Below are positions 25,101 to 38,822 of a stretch of 64,000 nucleotides of DNA, piece by piece. The DNA is from Octopus vulgaris (Eukaryota): positions 37,758,001 through 37,822,000 of the forward strand of contig OX597816.1 in the NCBI GenBank assembly GCA_951406725.2, given 5' to 3'. Positions within the stretch are counted from its first letter, which is position 1; every line of letters starts with the position of its first letter. Under the pieces are notes generated by a model. That model was not told the origin of the DNA. It saw only the letters and a program-made list of their open reading frames with translations, and made no database searches. The position numbers were made by a program, and so were the translations under genes.

Positions 25101-28100
25101 TCCCCATTTGCGTACTACCACAAAATCTCGACTTTTCACCAAACCCTTGGCACCAGGAGCAGCAACATAGTAGGATATATCACAGTTCTCACTTAGGGGC
25201 TTGATTAACTGCAACAAGATAGCCATCATTGGCACAGAGTTATTCAAACAGGAGTAACATTATGAGCATGGCATTTAGACAAGGTTATCAATATGAACAG
25301 AGTATTAAAGAAACAGTATCAGAGTATTGATGAGATAGAAAAAGGCTATGAATGAGGGTGGAGCTGAGTATTAGTTTATATTAGAACAGAGTGTTTAGCT
25401 ATGGGAAATTGCATAGAAAGGAACTTGTGCCACGTAAAATACACCCAGCACACTCTGTAAAGTGGATGGCACTAAGAAGGGCATGCAGCTGTAGAAAGCA
25501 AGCTAAACTAGACTGGAAACTGGTGCAGCTCCCCTGCATGTCAGCTCTGGTCAAACCGTCCAACTCATGCTAGAATGGACAACGGATGTTAAATGATGAC
25601 ATGACATTAGAGATGAAGAGTGCCTAGGCAGGAATAATAAGCAAGGTAACTGTATTTAGACAGGGACTTGTGCCACGTAAAATACACCCAGCACACTCTG
25701 TAAAGTGTGAAAGCATGAAAGCATGAAAGGGCATTGTTTAGAGAAGATTATTACAAGTAACATGTAATTAAGATGTGAACATCATCACCAATAAAGTATT
25801 AGATAAATGTATAGACAAGGGAAAACCTTATACTTGGATTATAACATCAAGTACAAGATCACTAAACACTATCAGTATCATAAAATGGCTATTTATACAG
25901 GAGTAGCAATTTCAGTAATTATTTAGATAGAAATATCAACATTCATCATTATTGTTGTTTTAACATCCACTTTTCCATGCTTGCATGGGTTGGAGGGAGT
26001 TCACTGAGGCAGATTTTCTATGATCGGATGCCCTTCTTATTGTCCATCCTTACTTGTCCTCAAGCAAAGTAATATTTTCTCGTTGCCAGACATGTTTTTG
26101 CAGAATATTGGAAACAAATGACAAACTACCGATTACAGAAAAATGAACAAGAATTTGATTTTAGAAACAAAACATAAAAGAGAAACGTCCATATTACCTT
26201 ACTATCTAATATTGTTGGATTCCATGTTGATAAATCTTCAGTTCTAAAAACCAGATCTTCCCATAATTCTTTTGCACTTATGTTTAATACAGCCTTCACG
26301 AGAAACAAACAAATGTAATTGATAGATGAGATGGTTTTTACAAATTAATCATGGTGAGTAGTTTCTAAAGCAACTATACTTTCTACACTAACCTCTCAAG
26401 CTTTAAAGAAAGAATGCCACTTGTTCTTAGAATAACATATTTTTAATTATCAGTACAGTACAATGTCAATTGCTTACAATCAATAATCTAGCACCCTTAA
26501 ATACACAATCCCTATACCTTTTAATGAATTATAAATAAGAAAATTTAATGGCCAAGAACATTTACAGAAGATATTACTAGTTAATTAGAGGAGACAGTTC
26601 ATATGTTCTCATTGAAGCTAGCTATAACTAGCCAGTATTGTTTAGCCAATACATTTTAATTTCCAAATGCTGGGCTTTAACCCTTTCGTTACCAACCCGG
26701 ATGAAACCGGCCCTGGCTCTGAGTACAAATGTCTTGTTTTCATAAATTTTGAATTAAAATCTTCCACCAAACCCTAGTCACAATTTATGTTCCTAACACT
26801 AGCTTAATGATAACTAAGTTATTTTACTAAATTCTTTGTTATATTTAAAGTAATTGAAAGATACACAGAGCTTCTCAAAATAAATACAGTAATGAAAGGG
26901 TTAACAAACAGTACTTTTCAACAACCATATCACTTTAGAATACAACTCAAAGATGGTATCAACCTTCTTTTCAAGGATTTCATTAACTATTTCGTAATAT
27001 GCACTCTGTTGAAACACACTACTTCTCCACATTGAGAAGTCATAGTGCTGGTACTATGGATGTTGAATTAGATGGAATGTCGCAGGAAAGAATCACAAGA
27101 TGGATCCTTCAAGCTGGGCCAACTGGCAGGAGACTTATGGGTAGACTAAGAATAAGATGGTGGGATAATATCCATAATCTCAGTTGTTCACACTTGGGAA
27201 TCCAACCAGAAAGTGTAATGATGGCTGCTTCTGATAGGACCCTATGGAGGAGTTGCCTGAAGACTCTACCCCTCCCAAGAATAGTGAGTGAAGAAGATGG
27301 GTGAATGGGTTATGAAATTCTGAAATTCATTCACAGAAAACTAGGTTAATAAGGTGATCACTTATTGGCTTAATGAGTTAAAGTTCATATTTTCTCATTA
27401 AAGCTAGCTATAATTAAAAGGCTCCTAGCTAATAACAACAGGACAATGCATAATCTGGTAATTTGTAGTGCTGATCTCAAACTCCTACAAACCAAGAGGT
27501 TAAGTGGCCGATTGACCTCTCTTAAAATCACACCCAACTATTATTAAAAAAGAAAAGAATAATTGGACAATATAACCCCTGATATACAAAAAGAGGTATT
27601 GATGATGGCTGGAAAGCCTTTGATCTACTTCTACTTAATCAGATGTGACCTGCATTCTACTGTAATTCTTATTTAGACCAGGTATGGACTACCTTTTTGT
27701 AGGAGCTGCCTTGTCAGATATTGCTCATCATACTTCAAACTACAAAAGTAATTTAAAAAACATCATCACCATAGATTACTCTTGGTCACATCATTTAAAG
27801 AATATCATATGTAGTAGAGAATATACTATATATTACCCTTGGTTACATCATTCAATAAAAACTGTGTGTTTATTAAATATAGTACACTATGTCACGCCAG
27901 TTAAATATAATTTGACCAATATCATGTGTAGTACAGAATACACCATATTATTATTCTATGTAAATCATAAAAAAAGCAATAGAGTCACACCTAAATATTA
28001 TATTACAAAATTTTAGTAAAATGTTATTATGTTTATATAATCATGACATTACATGTATCATAAAAAAAAAATCATAAAGGCCTGCATGAGGGCTGAGTGC

Positions 28101-30073
28101 CAGAGGTTGACCAAGACTGTTGCAGAGCTTGGTTAATAAGTTTTTATAGATATTTTAACCATAATAACTATACAGATAATGAATGCAAACTCAATGTTCT
28201 TATACATGTAAAATGCTAAAGGAGCAGAAGAAATGTAGTTAGCAGTAAACAAGTTCAGTTGTCTTACAACAGTTTGAGAACCACAAAAAATTCTTACCTG
28301 CAGGAAAAATATCTTATTCCCCACATGGGATTTTTTACTTAATACACAGCCTTCTGTAGCATCTTTTCCGCACTGAAAGACCCAGTTACTTTCTGATTTG
28401 TATAAAGAATAAACTTGTTCCCAAGACTCTTTCCCCAATTTTAAGTATGACAAATCCATCTGGAAAGAAAAAAAATATATTTTGATCATTTAACCCATAA
28501 GCATTCAGATTTGTCTGTCAGATATAATGCCTTATTTATTTGCATTATTTTGAATTAATTATGCATTATCTTGTAGCTTTGAGATTTTGATGGGGTAACT
28601 GTTAATTTTTAGAATGACCTTGTATGATAAGTGTGAAAGGCTGAACATGGCCAGTTTGAACTTAAAATGGATAGAATATTTTGGTTGGATATAGCCAGTT
28701 TAAATACTGAAGGGTAAATACGAGGTTCTGAAATATACCAATATCTTTAAATTTAAGTTTAAAGAGATAGTCAACAGTTTTTTCTTCTTCAAGGTGGTTG
28801 CAATCAAGATGCATTTCATCAAAAATTTCTGCCCCTGCATCAGCTTTGGTAGGTCCTCAGTTTCATGTTACATGGCTCAATACAGCTGAGTGGTTTTTGT
28901 CTTCAATTAGGTAGAAGCCTCTAAAATATAACATTCAATATCACCTGGTGTTCAGCTCATTAGCAGTGGCAGTGGTTTGCAAAACCTATAACAAGCTTCA
29001 CAACATCTGACTGTCAGGTCAGCATGTATATGCAGAGAGCATTCTTCTCTATGGAAGTCTACCATGAAGAAAGTCCTTCAAGGCTGCCTTGATGGTACAC
29101 ATCCTAGGATTTTTATGAGGGCCCAAAACATCTTGTGGCATGAGCACAAGACCAAAGAGGAGTCAACAGCTTATTTGTTCTACAACTATATAATAATTCT
29201 ATTACATAGGTGCAGGAGTGGTTCTGGGTTCATTCCCACTGTGTGGCACCTTGGGCAAGTGTCTTCTACTATAGCCTCAGGCCGACCAAAGCCTTGTGAG
29301 TAGATTTGGTAGACGGAAACTGAAAGAAGCCTGCCGTATATATGTATATATATATGTATGTGTGTGTATGTGTGTCTGTGTTTGTCCCCCCAACATCGCT
29401 TGACAACTGATGCTGGTGTGTTTACGTCCCCGTAACATAGCGGTTTGGCAAAAGAGACCGATAGAATAAGTACTAGGCTTCTAAAGAATAAGTTCTGGGG
29501 TCGATTTGCTCGACTAAAGGCAGTGCTCCAGCATGGCTGCAGTCAAATGACTGAAACAAGTAAAAGAGTAAAAGAGATTTGAAATGGATTATTTCTATTG
29601 GTTAATAATAGTGTTGCCATTATATGAAAGGAATTTATGTAATCAATTAAACATACTTCCCAAGGAACTACTTTGTCATATGCTTGTCATAGCCAAACTC
29701 TATTGCTTTCAATCCAACCTCTCCATTTACACGTATCACAAATATCTAGGACACAATAACACAGCAGAACACTCTTTACAGTACCAGGCCACCACAGACC
29801 TGCAATTACTTATACATAACCTTGTACATACCATTTAGGCACAGGAGTGGCTGTGTGGATAGGTGCAGGGGTGGCTATGTGTCATAGGCGCAGGAGTGGC
29901 TGTGTGGCATAGGTGCAGGAGTGACTGTGTGGTTAGTAGCTTGCTTACCAACCACATGGTTCCGGGTTCAGGCCCACTGCGTGACACCTTGTTCATGTGT
30001 CTTCTACTATAGCCTCGGGCTGACCAAAGCCTTGTGAGTGGATTTGGTAGACAGAAACTGAAAGAAGCCCGTC

Positions 30074-30124
<51 letters not shown>

Positions 30125-33100
30125 TATGTATGTGTGTGTATATGTTTGTGTGTATGTGTGTGTTTGTCCCCCCAACATCGCTTGACAACCGATGCTGGTG
30201 TGTTTACGTCCCCGTCACTGAGCGGTTCAGCAAAAGAGACTGATAGAATAAGTACTAGGCTTACAAAGAATAAGTTCTGGGGTCAATTTGCTCAACTAAA
30301 GGCAGTGCTCCAGCATGGCCGCAGTCAAAATGACTGAAACAAGTAAAAGAGTATATATATATATATATTATATTAATTAGAGACAAAACCACTATTATGC
30401 AAATCAAACAAAGAAAGACTTAAGCCAATACATAAAAAATTTTATATAAATTAAATATAATTAAAATAACTACTACGATCGTTTCGTGTCAGCACTTCTA
30501 TGAGACATTCTTCAGGTGGTTTCAAAACCGTCTTTGCAAGTTTTAAACTATGAACTTTTTTATGTATTGGCTTAAGTCTTTCTTTGTTTGATTTGCATAA
30601 TAGTGGTTTTGTCTCGGATTTATTCCCTAATATTTATTATTATATATATATATATATATACATTACTACCACACCATCCTCACATCATTACTTTCTCCAA
30701 CGAGTTAAAGGCAAATCCTTTACATAGTTACTCCATTTGCTATAAATAGCAGCCAAATCACATTCTATCGTCTCAAATCACACTCTATTGTCTTAAAGAA
30801 AAAAAAAATAATAGAGTAATGCCTAGATAGGCTATCTAAGTAAAAAGGATGGTCATGATTGGAATGTACTTGCTTATATGTCTGTTCCATCAGACTACTT
30901 ATTTAGTATACAGTTTTAACCCTTTCGTTACCAAACCGCCCAAAGCCGCCCGAAAAAAATTTTGGTTAATATGACCAAATCGCCCAAACCCGCCCGTATT
31001 TACCTATTCATATTTAAATGAGAATATCAGAGCAAATCTCTTTAGTACATTTGTGAAAACACGTATTATATTTCGTAAACAGTTCAACTACAGTTTTGTA
31101 CAACAATCAAAGTGTAATTTTAATTCCGTGAATTTTGGGAGATTTTTTTCCGAAATTTGTTCCTATTGTGTTTTCAAAATTTGTAATTCTGACAAAAAAT
31201 GGATACGAATTTCATTATATCAAGCAGCAAGTCAGAATTCGAAGGATTTTCTACTGAAGACCTTCATAAATCTAACTCTATGACTGAAAAAAAAAAGCAC
31301 GTGGTATTTGATAATGAATCTGATGTTTCATTTTCCGAAAGTGAAAACAGTGAATCCGAGAGCTCCGACAGCGATAAAGAAAATGAATTGGCACCTGAAC
31401 GGAGTGAAAATTTAAAAACTGTTTCTTTCGGTGATTTTTCTGAAGAAACTGGACCAAGCCACAGACTTTCCCAGGAGAGTAAAGCCTTAGACTATTTCTT
31501 TTTACTTTTTCGAATGAGCCTATTTGAAATCATTACGGCAGAAACGAACCGTTTCGCTAAATGTAAACAAAGCGAAAGAAAGGATAGTTAGTGGTTTCCC
31601 ACAACCTTAAATGAAATTAAGACTATTTTGCCATAAATATTATTATGGGTATCAGAAAGTTACCCAGAATAACAAATTCTATCGTAAAATTTTGTTGTAT
31701 ACCCAATTGAATATTAGCTAATAACCCATTTTCTATAGCGATGTTTGAACAAAATTTTAATAATTTTATATTTTGTTGAATTTACCTGTATCTACCTGCA
31801 ATTAGAGTCACTTTGTGACAAAAATTATAGTATAGAATTGGTTGAGAACATGTCATTAAATTATCTTCCAAAAATCACATTAATATATTGATAAATAAAA
31901 AAGTTATAGTTGTTTAATGAAACCAGACTAAGTTTATGATTATGTTAGAAATTAATTGAAATACATAAGGTCAGAAATATAGTAACGAAAGGGTTAATGA
32001 GTTACTAGCTGGCCAATCAATAGAATAAAATTAGTTAACTCATTTGTATCAGAGAATGTTTGTCACTTTATTACATATCATCTTTCTTTCTTCAACATTT
32101 TAATGAATAAATAATGTTTCTATTGGATATAGTGGAAAACCACAGGAGCACCAACCAGTAACCTTGCTTGTTATCATTCCACGTGTTTCATATCAACCGA
32201 AAACATCTATGCTGTGTTATATAGACGAGGGCACACAGATCATTCTCTTAGACATACAAACCAAGGTACCCAGATATTTCTCTTTTTCTCTTTTACTTGT
32301 TTCAGTCATTTGACTGCGGCCATGCTGGAGCACCGCCTTTAGTCGGGCAAATCGACCCCGGGACTTATTCTTTGTAAGCCCAGTACTTATTCTATCAGTC
32401 TCTTTTGCCGAACCGCTAAGTGACGGGGACGTAAACACACCAGCATCGGTTGTCAAGCAATGCTACGGGGACAAACACAGACACACAAACATATACACAT
32501 ACATACATATATATATACATATATACGACAGGCTTCTTTCAGTTTCCATCTACCAAATCCACTCACAAGGCTTTGGTCAGCCCGAGGCTATAGCAGAAGA
32601 CACTTGCCCAAGGTGCCACGCAGTGGGACTGAACCCGGTACCATGTGGTTGGTAAGCAAGCTACTTACCACACAGCCACTCCTGCGCCTTATAACTATAT
32701 ATGATAAGTTTCTTCAATAGTCTGCACCAAATCAAGACAAGTTAACCCAAGAAAATATCAGACTTGAGATAGCCAAATATAAATTGTTTCCTGTTGGTTT
32801 TATGGGATTCTAAATCTCACCCATGATATTTGTCTTTTCAAGTTGCTGATAACTGAGTTTTCTCAATGATCAGTAGATGCCTTTCCAATGAAATCAGACA
32901 AATGCCAAAATTTCAATTAATAAATTGCTATCACTATACACTATATGGCACTCTGTCAGTTACGATGACGAGGGTTCCAGTTGATCTGATCAATGGAACA
33001 ACCCACTTCTGAAATTAACATGCAAGTGGCTGAGCGCTCCACAAACATGCACACCCTTAATGTAGTTCTCAGAGAGATTCAGCATGACACAGAATGTGAC

Positions 33101-35744
33101 AAGGCTGGCCCTTTGAAATACAGGTACTACTCATTTTTGCCAGCTGAGTGGAGAGGAGAAACCTGAAATAAAGTGTCTTGTTCAAGGACACAATGCACCA
33201 GTAGGAATTGAACACATGACCTTATGATCGTAAGCTGAATACCCTAACTACTAAGCCACATGTCTTCACAACACTATACACAACATGAGTAATGGTAACA
33301 ATTATTTATTCCTGGTACTGCACTTTATACTTTATATTAATATAAAGAAATCTATGGAATGGTGGATTGGCAGAATCATTAGAGTGTTGGACAAAATGCT
33401 TTGCAGTAATTGCTATTCTTCTTTGAATTCTGAGTTCAAATCCTACCATGGTCAACTCCTCCTTTCAACATTTCAAGGTTCAATGAAATAAACACCAAAT
33501 AAATACTGCTCCCTCTCACCTAAATTTCTGACCTTGTATTTTATGTAGTGAAGATAATATAAAGAAATTCAGACATCTTTAGAATTCCCAACTGAAACCA
33601 AGTAAAGAGGTAGCTTCATGCTATCACTTATTTCTTATAATCTTGAAAAGATTCTTATTTCTAATTAATCTTTTCTTTTCTAACCATGACCACCTGTCTT
33701 CTCTTGCAACTAAATCAAGCCAGAAACAATATTAACAAGTATGACAAAGAGCAGAGTTGAAGAGAAGTGAACTTACTGGAGTTTTGTCAATTAAAGTTTG
33801 TCTGTTTACTGCTTGACTATATTTATTGGTTCCTTCCATTGGCTCCTCATCTGAACCTATATAGAAATAACATTAAGAGAAATTAATAGTGACAGAAGCA
33901 GTTTTAATAGGAAAAGGCAATCTTTATCCCCAACTTAATGCGGAGGATGAATTAGAAAAAAAAACAGATTACTGTGTTATTTACATTGAGAAGATCTCTC
34001 ATTTGGAATGTGGCACATAAAAACACTTATATATATCGCTGAAAGACAAGAACCATCTGTTACGGCTGCCAGAACTCTCAGATTATGTGATTTCACCCTG
34101 CTATGAGCTCTTCAGTGAGAGATATCCAGCAGTGACTTAGCAATCAAATCTCCCATCAATGATATGTAGAATATCAGGGTTTATTCAGGTGCTGGTGTTG
34201 TAAATAACCAGTGGAATTATTAAAAGGTAATTAATAGTGACAGAAGCAGTATTAAATACCAAAAGGTAATATTTATCTCCAACTTAACGTGAAGGTTGTT
34301 TTACAACAAAGAATACTGTGTTATTTACCACAAGAGGATCTCTCATGAGGGGTTGTTGTGCATAAAAGCGATTAATAACATAAAAAGAATTAAAAGTGAC
34401 AGAAAAAATATTAATACTAAAAAGCAAGTGCTTTAAGCACCATGAGTCCATATAAAAGATCCTCTCAACATAAACAATGTGACTGTGTGGTGGTGGTGGT
34501 GGTGGTGGAATAGTGTAGTAGTCAGAGTAACAAAAGCAAAGAAACAGGAAGGATTGGAAGAATGGGGTTAGTAAAGAAATATACCAGGTGGCTAAAAGAA
34601 GAAAAACTTGGTGACAGGTATATTTAGAAAAGGAAGAGGTGAGGTTAGATAAGTCTCTGATCCAAGAGGTGAAGGATAGAAAGTCTACAGACAGACAATT
34701 TAGTTAGAAGATTGCGAATTAAGATAGTGAATTAACATATTCAAAAAAACAAATATTTTAATCAAATTCAACTCATACATTTAGGGTTGGAAATTTCTAA
34801 ACTACTAAAGTACTTACTTGCAGGGCTGTCTATAGGAGAATGAAATTCATCAGTTGTAGAAATAGCATCAGGATTCTCAGGATTATTACCTCGCAGTAAA
34901 GGAGTTCGTTCAGATACAGCGGGAATAAGAGTTCCTAAAGAAGAAAATAAATAAGTAAATAAATAACAAATGAAACATTAAAAAACAGGAAATGAAGATT
35001 ATATAATTTAGGAAGATTAAATTATTTATTATGTGTAAACAAGCAGAATCTACATGTGATATCATAATTTTTACTATATCTGCCAGGCCAAAATAAGCCA
35101 CCGTTATTACATATACAGGATGTTCAAAAAGTCTCTCCACAGTAGATGCTTTATTGCAAAATAAATACTTGTAAGATGGTATAAGACTACAAACAAATAT
35201 ATTAGACTTTACAAGACTTAAAAAAACTTTATAAGAGGTGTTGAAAGTGTCATTCTTCATTTTCAATACATAAAATTTAATTTCTTTTTTACTGCCATGT
35301 GAAAACTTCCTTGGCTGATTTCCTGTAGCAATTTGCGTATGGGCTTTGAAGTGGTTACCAACAATTTATCAGAAATATTGGATAGTGTTTTGTCTGGTAG
35401 AACAGTAGGCCTACCACTTCTTGCTGTGTCTTCCACTGAGCCTGTGTTTCTAAATCTTCTTATCAAATCCAGCACAGTGTCACGGTGTGGAATAACAGTA
35501 TTTGGAAAAGTTTCACTGAACTTCTGTTTCACAGTATCTGTGTATTTGTTTCCAGCTCGAAACACCCATTCAACTAAAAACATAAGTTCTTCAATGGTTA
35601 GTGTATTGACATGCTGAAGGGTCCACAATGACTGAGGGATGATGGCTGACACTTGACCACCCTCGCAGTGATAGCCAAGTTGTGTATGCACAGGATGAAA
35701 AAACTTCACTGCAGAGAGACTTTTTGAACACCCTGCATATATAC

Positions 35745-35805
<61 letters not shown>

Positions 35806-38391
35806 TATATCATCATCATCATCGTTTAACGTCCGCTTTCCATGCTAGCATGGGTTGGACGGTTCAACTGGGGTCTGGCAAGCCCGAAGGCTACACCAGG
35901 CCAGTCAGATCTGGCAGTGTTACTACAGCTGGATGCCCTTCCTAACGCCAACCACTCCGAGAGTGTAGTGGGTGATTTTATGTGCCACCGACACAGGTGC
36001 TAGACGAGGCTGGCAGACGGCCACGCTCGGATGGTGTTTTTATGTGCCACCGACACAGGTGCCAGACGAGGCTGGCAGACGGCCACGCTCGGATGGAGTT
36101 TTTTATGTGCCACCGACACAGGTGCCAGACGAGGCTGGCAGACGGCCATGCTCGGATATGGTGTTTGCGGTGTTTTTCTTATGTGCCACCGACACAGGTG
36201 CCAGACGAGGCTGGCGAACGGCTACGATCGGATGGTGTTTGTTACGTGCCCACGGCACGGAGGCCAGTCGATGCGGTACTGGCTACGGTCCCGTTCGGAT
36301 GGTTTTCTTATGTGCCACAAGGATACAAATTCCATTGATGTTCATCTATTTTGATTTGGTTTGACTTGATTCGATTTGACTTTGATTTGATTTGCCTCAA
36401 CAGGTCTTCACAAGTGTCACAAGCAGGAAGGTATGCACAGGTGGACTGACTACGTCCCAGGTAGGGGCCACGGGTTATGGCTTCACTAGTCTTGCCGGGT
36501 CTTCTCACGCACAGCATACTTCCATAGGTCTCGGTCTCTAGTCATTTCCATGGTGAGACCTAACGTTCGAAGGTCGTGCTTCACCACCTCGTCCTAGGTT
36601 TTCCTGGGTCTACCTCTTCCACGGGTTCCCTCAACTGCTAAGGATTGGCACTTTCTCACACACCTATCTTCATCCATTCTCGCCACATGACCATACCAGT
36701 GCAATCATCTCTCTTGCACGCAACGAATGATGCTTCTTAGGTACAACATTTCTCTCAGGGAACTAACGCTCTGTCGAGTAAGTACACTGACATTACACAT
36801 CCATCGGAGCATACTGGCTTCATTCCTCATGAGCTTACGCATGTCCTCAGCAGTCACGGCCCATGTTTCACTGCCATGTAGCATGGCAGTTCGAACACAT
36901 GCATCATACAGTCTGCCCTTTACTCTGAGCGAGAGGCCTTTAGTCACCAGCAGAGGTAAGAGCTCCCTAAACTTTGCCCAGGTTATTCTTATTCTAGCAG
37001 TTACACTCTCAGCGCACCCACCCCCACTACTGACTTGGTCACCTAGATAACGGAAGCTATCAACTACTTCTAATTTTTCCCCCTGGAAAGTGACGAAAGT
37101 TGTTTTCTGCAGATTTTCGGAGGTCAATGCTCCCGAGCATCTGCCACATATAAAAACTATCTTCCCAGTTAGCCTACCTTTGACATTGCTGCACCTCTTA
37201 TGTGTCCATAGCTTACACTGGGTACATCTTATAGAGTTTCTACCTACACCTTTTCTACAGATCGAGCAGGGCCATCTTCCTGAGGACATTTGTGGATTGC
37301 CTACCTTACTACTTATTAGTACTTTGGTTTTAGCTAGGTTGACTCTAAGGCCCCTCGATTCTAAACCCTCCTTCCACACCTGGAACTTCTCCTCCAGTTC
37401 TGATAGTGACTCAGCAATTAGAGCGAGGTCGTCAGCATAGAGGAGCTCCCAGGGGCAACCTGTCTTGAATTCCTCTGTTATTGCCTGGACGACTATGATA
37501 AATAGGAGGGGGATGAGTACTGAACCCTGGTGGACCCCAACCTCTACTTTGAATTCTTCTGTGTACATGTTGCCAACCCTAACCTTGCTTACGGCATCTC
37601 TGTACATGGCTTGCACAGCCCTCACCAGCCATTCATCTATCCCTAGTTTCCTCAGTGACCACCAGATGAGGGATCGGGGGACCCTATCAAAGGCTTTCTC
37701 CATGTCAACGAAAGCCAGGTACAGGGGCTTATCTTTGGCTAGGTATTTCTCCTGCAGCTGCCTTACCAGGAATATAGCATCAGTGGTGCTTTTCCCTGGC
37801 ACAAACCCAAACTGCATCTCATCTAAACTAACTCTCTCTCTAATTAGTTGGGCTATGACCCTCTCCGTAACCTTCATTACCTGATCCAACAGCTTGAAAC
37901 CTCTGTAATTATTTGTATCTAGGGCATCACCTTTACCTTTGTAGCAGTTGACTAGTACGCTGCTACACCAGTCATTGGGTATGACTCCTTCGTGTATCAC
38001 CTGGTTGACTATACGGGTGACTAGGTTATAGCCGACACTGCCAGATATTTTGAGCATCTCTGCAGTAATTCCTGATGGGCCTGGGGCTTTTCCTGTCTTC
38101 ATGCTTCTAATTGCCTTAGCTACCACGGAACTATCAACTCGGATAGCTGGTCCCTCTGTTGGGTCAACATTCGGCAGACTCTCTTTATCCCATTCATTTT
38201 CTTTATTCAGCAACCTTTCATAGTGGCATCTCCAAACCTCTCTCTTTGCATCCTCATTTAGCGCAAGTGAACCATCATCCATGCGAACACACTTCTCTCC
38301 TACCACATCATGATTCTCTCTCACACACTGTCTTGCAACACGAAATACCTCAAGTCTTTCATCCTCACGGCGCAGAACATTGGCAAATTTT

Positions 38392-38426
<35 letters not shown>

Positions 38427-38677
38427 CATACATACACACACATACATATAAAGGTGACTTATTCACAATTTACAGCCAAATGGTAGAGCTACAGATGTCA
38501 CAAAAGTGACTAAGAGTACTAGTAAGCATCAGCATTGCTAGAAATAAGAGTCAAAATAACTCTTAGCCACAATAAAGCACTTATCTTATGACTGACAAGG
38601 GAGGCAGTGCTGGTGTTTACTAGTACCCTTAGTTACTTTAGTGATGTCTATAGTGTGTATGTGTGTGTGTGTGTTTG

Positions 38678-38716
<39 letters not shown>

Positions 38717-38784
38717 AACCCATACCATCATGGAAGGCAGACATTAAACAATGATGATTTATATATACATGATGATGATGATGA

Positions 38785-38822
<38 letters not shown>

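Noticed and set aside
35979-36320. CRISPR-like regular repeats
   Set aside because: Tandem units without unique spacers, in a eukaryotic LINE UTR, with no cas genes.
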